A stretch of 11,019 nt of DNA from Candidatus Electronema aureum. GTDB taxonomy: Bacteria > Desulfobacterota > Desulfobulbia > Desulfobulbales > Desulfobulbaceae. Made by a program: the position numbers and the translations under genes. This document shows, one piece after another, positions 1-6,223 of the stretch (its first letter is position 1; every line of letters starts with the position of its first letter). The DNA lies in the NCBI GenBank assembly GCA_004284765.1, contig NQJD01000054.1, positions 1 through 11,019 on the forward strand, given 5' to 3'. The notes beneath the pieces were generated by a model. The model was given only the letters and a program-made list of their open reading frames with translations. It was not told the origin of the DNA and ran no database searches.

Positions 1-187
1 AGTATGCGAAGATGTCCTTATCACATTCGAGTTTGAAATACTCGCCGCAGATTTCCATAGTGATGACTTCTTCATCTGTTAAGGCAGGGTTAAATCCGCC
101 CCGCCGCAGCCGACATTGCTGCCTGATGACACCGTATTGTTCACAGACAAGCAGAAAGACAGCAATAACAAAATCGTCTCGATCCAT
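1..187 (-). CDS. DDE transposase, IS4/IS982-type, N-terminal 62 codons only (partial; continues past the left window edge)
   Basis: My reverse-complement translation from ATG at 187-185 gives MDRDDFVIAVFLLVCEQYGVIRQQCRLRRGGFNPALTDEEVITMEICGEYFKLECDKDIFAY with no stop before position 1. It is absent from the ORF track because it has no in-window stop. AAGGAG lies 7 nt upstream on the minus strand (plus-strand 195-200). The 'R-R-G-x-x-P-x-L-(S/T)-D-x-E-V-I-T-M-E-I-x-G-E' pattern is one I recognise from N-termini of IS4/IS982-like transposases. The exact family is tentative. Confidence 0.6.
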   Translation of the reverse strand, partial: MDRDDFVIAVFLLVCEQYGVIRQQCRLRRGGFNPALTDEEVITMEICGEYFKLECDKDIFAY

Positions 188-328
188 TGGCGCACTCCTT
201 GTGAATAGGGCTTAGATACCACTATTCTACAGGATGCGCCCAATGGATCGGGCATCTTTTTTAAGAGTTGCACATTAGGTAAAGAGGATCATCCCGCTGA
301 TGAAAAAGATGAAGTCCGCACCGTAATC

Positions 329-2869
329 ATGCTGCCCCTGACTCGCCGCCAGATTGAAACGTATGCAAAAAATTGCGGTGTGCAGGACGCAGAAGCCTTC
401 ATGAAGGAACTCCAGCGGCAGGAAGCGTGGAGGTTTGCCAATCGTCCCCTTGATTGCAGCAATCTTGTTCAGATATGGAATGCAAAAGGAAAATTTGGCA
501 CACTTCAAGAACAGCACGAAGCGAGTATTGCGGCGAAGCTCAAAGATGACCCGGAACGGCCTGACAACAACCTGCTGACACCTGAAGATGCCAGAGCAGG
601 GGCGGAACGACTCGCTCTTGCCTTGGCCCTCACACAAACTCGCACGCTTTTAGCTCCGGGACATGAAGCAGCGGAAGGCGTGCTTGACCCGGCTGCGATT
701 CTCACCGATTGGACTGATGCCAAGCGGAACGCGCTTCTCCGCCGTGGGCTGTTCGATCCGGCAACCTATGGCCGTATCCGCTTTCATCACCGTTCCGCAG
801 AGGAATACTTGGCCGCCTGCCGTCTCAAGCGGCTGCGTGAAAAGGGGATGTCGATCAATGCCCTGAAGCATTTTTTCTTTGCGGAAAAGTACGGGGCCGA
901 GGTGGTCATTCCGTCCATGCGGCCAATTGCTGCTTGGCTGGCCTTGTGGAATGATGAAATCCGCTGGGAGCTGATTAAACGGGAGCCGGAAGTCCTGCTG
1001 GCGCATGGCGATCCGGGTTCTCTGTTGCCAGAAGATCGGGCAGAAGTGCTGCGGGGTTTTGCTGCTGCTTATGGCGACGGCGGATGGCGTGGAGTTGAGG
1101 CCCCTTCCATCGGAGAAGTGCGGCGGCTGGCCTGCCCTGAGCTGGCTCCGGTTATTCGGGAGCTATGGGGAAAATATCCTGACAGCGAAGAAGTAGTTAA
1201 GCTGTTTCTGCAATTGATCTGGCAGGGAGCGATAAGGGATTGCGTTGATATTGCTGAAGAGGTTGCCTTCGATACGCAAAGACCGGACTACCAGCGCAGC
1301 ATTGCAGTCTCTGGTCTCGTTGCCTGCGAAGCATCTGAAGTGTTGCGTAAAGTTGCCAAATCATTTCTTGCGGAACAAGAGAAATGGTCAAATGAAATTG
1401 TTCCAAACCTTGCCAAGCAGCTCTTTCCTGCCGCACTTTCTGTGCAAGAGCTGATCAGTTTAATTGAGCGTACACCAAAACCTCGCAGAGGCGCCTCTGA
1501 ATTTTCATGGTATTTAGAGCTGATTGCTGAAAATATTGATCCTTCCTCCAGCACTGCTGCCGAACTTAGGAAAGCGGTTGCCGAACTCATTTGGAACGGA
1601 CGGGACAAAGACCAAGAAGGATATTGGAATATCATAGGAAAATATAGCTACCTGTCTTCAGGGTTGGCTATTTTATGCGGCAAGCAGCTTGCGGAAGAAT
1701 TGCCAGACGATGATTTTATCTGGGCCTGCGCGGTGGCGAATCGTTTTGGCTCACGACCAACAGAGGTGGGAAAGCCTTCTTTGCAGGCTCTCAAGGAGCA
1801 CTTTAAAAATAATGCAACCTTGCGAGAGAAGACGTTCTGGATTGAAGCCGAGTTGATGAACCATTTGATTCAACAAGAGCAAAATAGCTTTTCTCAATTT
1901 AATTCAGTGATTGAAAACAGTCTGTTAGGCCACAGGTTTATTGCTACAATAATTAACGATCGCAGATGGCTGATGAATATGCTTGGCGACCAATCAGCTC
2001 CTTTGAAAAAACGTGAAGTTGCGTATGAAGCAATTTTTCAGCTTTGGAATTTTAATGGACGATTAGAAACCGAAGTAGATGATATACTGCGGGCTGTAGC
2101 CGATAATGCGTCTCTTTCTGAGAAGGTCAAACAAGATACTGCTCCCAAACAGAAAAAAGAAACAAAATTGGACCGACGGTGGCGCAAACAGGAATGCGTT
2201 CGCAAAGGTCGTGAACGCCAGCGGGTAGAGAAATGGCGAAAATGGCGGAACGAGCTGTTGACAGATACAGAAGCAGCGTTTAGCCAAGAACGCGTTTCAT
2301 CAACGCTGTACAATCTATATCATTGGCTCAATATTCATACGAAAAAACATAGTCCATCCAAAGTTTGGAACAAAGCTGCGCTCACCCAATCCTTCAATGA
2401 AGAAGTTGCTTCCCGTGCTGCGGCTGCCTGCAAAGAAATTTGGCGCGAGGAAACTCCTGTTTTATGGAGCAATCGCCCGTGCGATAAAAGAGGTGAGTGC
2501 TTTTATGTTTGGCACTACGGCTTGTTTGGTCTTATGGAAGAGTCTTCTTCGACAGGATGGGCTAAACATCTGAAGACTGAAGAGGCTGAACGTGCTGCTG
2601 CCTATGCAACTATCGAAACAGACGGATTTCCTCTTTGGCTTGCTGACCTCGCAATAACGCATTCTGATGCTGTTGCATCAGTTTTAGGTGATGAGATTGA
2701 CAGGGAGCTGTTGTTAGCTGCCGATGAATCATATCTTCCTGTTCTGAATGCCGTCGCCTCTCATGCAGACAGCTCGATAAAGCAGCTTTTAAAATCTTGC
2801 CTTCTCGCTGCCCTGCTGCGATGGGACAGCATAACTTCAGAAAAAAATTCTATCGGTCATCTTGGATAA
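329..2869 (+). CDS. N-terminally truncated NACHT-type STAND NTPase remnant (post-P-loop helical and winged-helix module plus a long helical repeat region); probably a gene fragment
   Basis: Longest ORF in the window. The frame is open upstream to 209, but there is no in-frame start and no SD before ATG 329. Three motifs occur in the order and ~150-aa spacing of the post-Walker-B 'L-x-P/G-L/F-s..q..Y' motif and the winged-helix 'F-x-H-x-S/T-x-x-E-Y/F-L-A-A' motif of NACHT NTPases: aa2-14 LPLTRRQIETYAK, aa37-50 ANRPLDCSNLVQIW, and aa151-163 RFHHRSAEEYLAA (nt 779-817). No Walker A GxxxxGK[ST] occurs anywhere in the 846 aa. The remainder looks helix-rich by eye, with a K/R/E/W-rich stretch at nt 2129-2260. 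Confidence 0.6.
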   Translation: MLPLTRRQIETYAKNCGVQDAEAFMKELQRQEAWRFANRPLDCSNLVQIWNAKGKFGTLQEQHEASIAAKLKDDPERPDNNLLTPEDARAGAERLALALALTQTRTLLAPGHEAAEGVLDPAAILTDWTDAKRNALLRRGLFDPATYGRIRFHHRSAEEYLAACRLKRLREKGMSINALKHFFFAEKYGAEVVIPSMRPIAAWLALWNDEIRWELIKREPEVLLAHGDPGSLLPEDRAEVLRGFAAAYGDGGWRGVEAPSIGEVRRLACPELAPVIRELWGKYPDSEEVVKLFLQLIWQGAIRDCVDIAEEVAFDTQRPDYQRSIAVSGLVACEASEVLRKVAKSFLAEQEKWSNEIVPNLAKQLFPAALSVQELISLIERTPKPRRGASEFSWYLELIAENIDPSSSTAAELRKAVAELIWNGRDKDQEGYWNIIGKYSYLSSGLAILCGKQLAEELPDDDFIWACAVANRFGSRPTEVGKPSLQALKEHFKNNATLREKTFWIEAELMNHLIQQEQNSFSQFNSVIENSLLGHRFIATIINDRRWLMNMLGDQSAPLKKREVAYEAIFQLWNFNGRLETEVDDILRAVADNASLSEKVKQDTAPKQKKETKLDRRWRKQECVRKGRERQRVEKWRKWRNELLTDTEAAFSQERVSSTLYNLYHWLNIHTKKHSPSKVWNKAALTQSFNEEVASRAAAACKEIWREETPVLWSNRPCDKRGECFYVWHYGLFGLMEESSSTGWAKHLKTEEAERAAAYATIETDGFPLWLADLAITHSDAVASVLGDEIDRELLLAADESYLPVLNAVASHADSSIKQLLKSCLLAALLRWDSITSEKNSIGHLG
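2841..2847 (+). repeat. A7 homopolymer at the junction of the 846-aa and 388-aa ORFs (candidate frameshift or slippage site)
   Basis: The sequence g-aaaaaaa-ttc is read directly. The downstream ORF is in the +1 frame relative to the upstream ORF and opens at 2835, just before the tract. A6 or A9 would fuse the two ORFs. Confidence 0.9.
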
Positions 2870-4028
2870 GGTCATCAGAGTCCTTAATGACACCGCCGAA
2901 GCAGATGAACGTGCAATTCTTGCTGCGGAATGCGCCGCACGATTTAGCAAAGAGCCAAACGGTCCGCTTGCACTGCCTTGGCTGACAGGACTGTTTCACT
3001 TTAATCCTCTTCAAGGCATTGATACTATCGAACAAACATTGAATGCTGTTAAGGAATCCGAGCGGACAGAACTGGCGGTACGTCTTTTTGCGAACGGCAC
3101 TTCACCACGCCTGTTTGAAATGACAGATAAAAATATTCGTGCAAATGCGTTGAAACGATTGCTTCTATGCGCCCGTACTTACATCCGTCCAGAACAGGAT
3201 AATGTCCGTGATGAAGGTGTTGTTTATGATATAGATGCCCGTGATCATGCCCAACGTGTTCGCAGCGGATTGCTGGAATCTCTCATCGCGACACCCGGAG
3301 CAGAGGCCCACAAAACCATTCTGGAACTAGCTGATGATCCGCTTTTTGCTGGTGATCCAGACTGGTTACGTTTCCGAGCGCGGGAGCAAGCGGCAAAAGA
3401 TGCTGAGTTCGCTCCATACATCCCAGATACTCTGGTCACGCTTGAAAAGAAGTTCGAGGCACCGCCGCGCAGCCGGGATGAACTATTTGTTGTCATGATG
3501 GACCGGCTTGATGATATTCAGCATTATATTGCGCATCATAAATTCACGATTCGCCAGACACTCCGCTGCATTAAACAGGAAACAGAGATGCAGCGTTATC
3601 TTGCTGGAAAACTCCACGACAAAGCAAATGGAGCTTATGCTGCTGTCGAACGTGAGCCGGAAGACGCGGACAGAAAGAAACCTGATATTCGCCTTTCCGC
3701 TGTTCAAGGAGACCAGCAAGCCGCTATTGAGGTTAAACTTGCCGAGAACTGGAGCATCAACGACTTCCGGCGCGCTCTAAGCAATCAGCTCATTGGCCAG
3801 TACCTCCGCCATGAAAGCTGCAAAGCTGGCTGCCTGCTGCTGACATGCAACGGCAGCAAATTTTATTGGGAACATCCTGAAACCAAAGAACACATTTGCT
3901 TTTCAGCACTGATTGATTTACTGCAAACTGAAGCCGTCGCAATCGCGCAGGAGAAAAATCACGAAATTCGCCTTGCCGTCTTTGGCCTTGATCTTACTGA
4001 CCCATATCTTAAACCGGCGCATAAATAA
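2862..4028 (+). CDS. Helical region plus C-terminal PD-(D/E)xK (restriction-endonuclease-fold) nuclease domain; likely the C-terminal part of the upstream STAND protein
   Basis: 388-codon ORF whose only candidate start is TTG at 2862, overlapping the upstream stop (TTGGATAA). It has no SD, and the first in-frame ATG is at codon 87. The C-terminal third carries ...KQETEMQRYL...VEREPEDADRKKPDIRLSAVQGDQQAAIEVKLAENWS...SNQLIGQYL. The PD (nt 3681-3686) and E-V-K (nt 3729-3737) lie 14 residues apart, which is the classical PD-(D/E)xK catalytic signature. An acidic residue sits upstream and a Q/Y-containing helix follows. Confidence 0.6.
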   Translation: MDKVIRVLNDTAEADERAILAAECAARFSKEPNGPLALPWLTGLFHFNPLQGIDTIEQTLNAVKESERTELAVRLFANGTSPRLFEMTDKNIRANALKRLLLCARTYIRPEQDNVRDEGVVYDIDARDHAQRVRSGLLESLIATPGAEAHKTILELADDPLFAGDPDWLRFRAREQAAKDAEFAPYIPDTLVTLEKKFEAPPRSRDELFVVMMDRLDDIQHYIAHHKFTIRQTLRCIKQETEMQRYLAGKLHDKANGAYAAVEREPEDADRKKPDIRLSAVQGDQQAAIEVKLAENWSINDFRRALSNQLIGQYLRHESCKAGCLLLTCNGSKFYWEHPETKEHICFSALIDLLQTEAVAIAQEKNHEIRLAVFGLDLTDPYLKPAHK

Positions 4029-4108
4029 TACGCCGTTAACCAATCAGCTCTTGGTCGGGCAGGATATTCCTTCCCGTCCTCTTTCATTTCCACTTTATGG
4101 AGTCCATC

Positions 4109-6046
4109 ATGCCTCTGAAGTTTGATCTGTCCGCCGCCGACCTGAGCAGCGCGGAACTCGCCTCGCTTAAAGAGATGCGCACACGCTGCGCCCGCCGCAT
4201 CCTGCTTTCCACCAGCCTTGCCGCGTCCGGGCATCCGGGCGGCTCGCTGTCTTCGCTCGACATGCTGCTGGTGGCCTACGGCATCCTGCGCCATGATCCG
4301 AAGAATCCCCGCATGGAAGCGCGCGACCGCTTTGTCGCCTCCATCGGCCACATCTCGCCGGGCGTGTACAGCGTTCTTGCCGAGCACGGCTACTTCAACG
4401 AAGAGGACTTCCTTGCAGGCTTCCGCCGCACTGGCTCCGGCTTTCCCGGCCACGTGGAAAGCATCGTGCCGGGCGTGGAGTGGGACACCGGCAACCTCGG
4501 CCAAGGCTTGTCCACAGCCGTGGGCATGGCGCACGCCTTCAAGCTCAAGGGCCTGAACAACCGTGTCTTCTGTCTGATGGGCGACGGCGAGCAGCAGAAG
4601 GGCCAGATCGTGGAAGCGATCCGCCACGCTGTGAAGTACAAGTTAGACAACCTGACCGTATTGATCGACCGCAACAAGCTGCAAATCTGCGGCAGCACTG
4701 AGGACATCATGCCGCAGTGTATGCAGAAGCTCTACGGCGGTCTTGGCTTCAATGCGGTCAAGCTGGAGAACGGCCACGACTGCAACGCCATTTATAAAGC
4801 GATGCGCGATGCCTACCGCAACATCAGCGGCGTGCCGACCGTGCTCATCGCCCAGACCGTCATGGGCAAGGGCATCTCTTTCATGGAGAACAAAGCCAAG
4901 TATCATGGCTCGACTCTGCCTGCGGACGATCTTGCCAAGGCTTTGGCTGAATTGGGCGTGGCAAATGATTTTGAGCAATGGCAGGAGAAGCGCAAGCAGC
5001 CGGTCAGCGGCAAAAGCATCATGCCGCCGCGAGCTGATTACCCAAGCGTGCAGGCGGGCGAGCCGATCGTCTATCCTGTTGACAAGCCTACGGACTGCCG
5101 TTCTGGCTACGGCAATGCCTTGACGAGTCTGGCCCAAGCCAACAACAAAGCAGGACAGCCGCCGGTGATCGTTGGCATCTCCTGCGACCTCGAAGGCTCA
5201 GTGAAGATGGACGGCTTTCATAAGCATTCGCCGCAGGCATATCTGGAGCTGGGCATTCAGGAGCACCACGCCGCAGGCACAGCAGGAGCAATGAGCTGCG
5301 AGAATTTCGTCACCTTCTTCTCCACATTTGGCTCATTTGCTGTGTCAGAGGTATACAACCAGAACCGGCTCAACGACTTCAACCACAGCAATGTGAAAGT
5401 GGTGGCCACGCACGTTGGCCTTGATGTCGGCGAGGACGGCCCAACGCATCAGTGCATTGACTATCTCGGCCTGATGAAGAACTACTTCCGCTTCTCGGTC
5501 TTCATGCCTGCGGATCCCAATCAAACCGACCGGATCATCCGCCACATTGCCGTGCAGCCGGGCAATCACTTCGTCGGCATGGGCCGCTCCAAAACTCCGA
5601 CCATCACCCGCGAGGACGGCAGCATCTACTATGATGCTGATTACGTCTTCACGCCCGGCCAAGCAGATTGGCTGCGTGAAGGCACGGACGCGACCATCAT
5701 CACCTATGGCGCGTTGACACCGGCCTGCATTGAGGCGTGGAAGCTGCTGAAGCAGGCGGGCAAGTCAGTCGGCGTGCTGAACATGGCATCGCTGCTGCCC
5801 TTGGACAAGGACGCAGTGCTTGCAGCGGCCAAACGCGGCCCCATCGTCACCGTGGAAGATCACCATGTGGAAACCGGCCTCGGCGCGTCCGCAGCTGCGG
5901 TGCTGATCGACAAGGGTCTTGCCCCGAAGATGAAACGCTTGGGCGTGAAGCAGTACGGTGGCTCAGGCAAGCCGTCTGATCTCTACAAGCAGCAAGGATT
6001 AGACGCGGAGTCCATCGCCAAGACCGTGCTGGAGCTGCTCGGCTAA
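4109..6046 (+). CDS. tkt: Transketolase, single-chain fusion of the short 'split-type' N- and C-terminal halves
   Basis: The protein contains SGHPGGSLSSLDMLLVAYG (the TPP-binding N-terminal motif of split-type transketolase N-subunits), GNLGQGLSTAVGMA, and CLMGDGEQQKGQ...NLTVLIDRNKLQI (GDG...N TPP motif). It also has a pyrimidine-binding and C-terminal half (GIQEHHAAGTAGAM, THVGLDVGEDGPTHQ). The ORF track starts at ATG 4097, but GGAG at 4099-4102 lies 6 nt before ATG 4109, so 4109 is preferred. Confidence 0.9.
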   Translation: MPLKFDLSAADLSSAELASLKEMRTRCARRILLSTSLAASGHPGGSLSSLDMLLVAYGILRHDPKNPRMEARDRFVASIGHISPGVYSVLAEHGYFNEEDFLAGFRRTGSGFPGHVESIVPGVEWDTGNLGQGLSTAVGMAHAFKLKGLNNRVFCLMGDGEQQKGQIVEAIRHAVKYKLDNLTVLIDRNKLQICGSTEDIMPQCMQKLYGGLGFNAVKLENGHDCNAIYKAMRDAYRNISGVPTVLIAQTVMGKGISFMENKAKYHGSTLPADDLAKALAELGVANDFEQWQEKRKQPVSGKSIMPPRADYPSVQAGEPIVYPVDKPTDCRSGYGNALTSLAQANNKAGQPPVIVGISCDLEGSVKMDGFHKHSPQAYLELGIQEHHAAGTAGAMSCENFVTFFSTFGSFAVSEVYNQNRLNDFNHSNVKVVATHVGLDVGEDGPTHQCIDYLGLMKNYFRFSVFMPADPNQTDRIIRHIAVQPGNHFVGMGRSKTPTITREDGSIYYDADYVFTPGQADWLREGTDATIITYGALTPACIEAWKLLKQAGKSVGVLNMASLLPLDKDAVLAAAKRGPIVTVEDHHVETGLGASAAAVLIDKGLAPKMKRLGVKQYGGSGKPSDLYKQQGLDAESIAKTVLELLG

Positions 6047-6047
6047 G

Positions 6048-6164
6048 AGCAAGGTACACCTCCCTTGGCAACAGCAAGGTGCCTTGCTTCGTAACGAGAA
6101 GGCACCTTGCTTGGCAACGGCAGGGTACCTTGCCGTCGCGCTTCAGGGTACCCTCTCATCTATG
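6048..6164. repeat. Five tandem ~23-bp degenerate units, each with a palindromic AAGGYRCCTT-like core
   Basis: Cores: AAGGTACACCT 6051-6061, AAGGTGCCTT 6076-6085, AAGGCACCTT 6099-6108, AGGGTACCTT 6122-6131, AGGGTACCCT 6145-6154. Core-to-core spacing is 24-25 (depending on alignment of the longer first core), 23, 23, 23 bp. TTGGCAAC recurs at 6065-6072 and 6111-6118. Confidence 0.8.
6075..6109 (+). terminator. Candidate hairpin downstream of tkt, formed by repeat units 2 and 3 (no U-tract)
   Basis: CAAGGTGCCTT (6075-6085) is the exact reverse complement of AAGGCACCTTG (6099-6109), an 11-bp stem. An inner TCG/CGA extension surrounds a TAA loop. It begins 29 nt after the tkt stop. No T-run follows, so intrinsic-terminator function is uncertain. 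Confidence 0.3.
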
Positions 6165-6223
6165 CCGCAGGAAAGGCGGGCTGAATGAAGGGCATACTTC
6201 CTCTACTTAATCGGAGATGAGTC

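Noticed and set aside
275-637. 120-aa minus-strand ORF across the start of the STAND ORF (also 12-215 plus and 79-273 minus at the left edge)
   Set aside because: The opposite-strand or alternative frames carry recognisable NACHT-like and transposase sequence. These ORFs have no RBS and have odd composition.
2797-2985. 62-aa plus-strand ORF in the third frame spanning the ORF1/ORF2 junction
   Set aside because: It is short, lies in neither coding frame that carries the helical protein signal, and has a low-complexity sequence.
4097-4108. ATG 4097 as the tkt start (as in the ORF track)
   Set aside because: No SD precedes it. The GGAG at 4099-4102 is correctly spaced for ATG 4109. The choice stays uncertain without homologue alignment.
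3959-4627. 222-aa minus-strand ORF overlapping the ORF2 end and the tkt 5' region
   Set aside because: It is antisense to a confidently identified, motif-rich transketolase. Its composition is Ala/Gly/Arg/His-rich, typical of shadow ORFs in GC-rich coding DNA. It has no RBS or recognisable motif.
4643-5137. 164-aa minus-strand ORF inside tkt (the same applies to 8341-8835 minus inside pepA and 5345-5662 minus)
   Set aside because: These are GC-driven antisense ORFs that overlap well-supported genes and have no motifs.
6064-6135. Sigma54-type promoter suggested by the two TTGGCAAC motifs in the repeats
   Set aside because: No TTGC element sits at the required distance (GG to GC about 10-11 nt apart). 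The nearest TTGC is 7 or more nt too far in both cases.
6048-6164. The 23-bp repeat array as a mini-CRISPR
   Set aside because: The units are directly adjacent with no unique spacers, they are degenerate, and no cas genes or leader are nearby.
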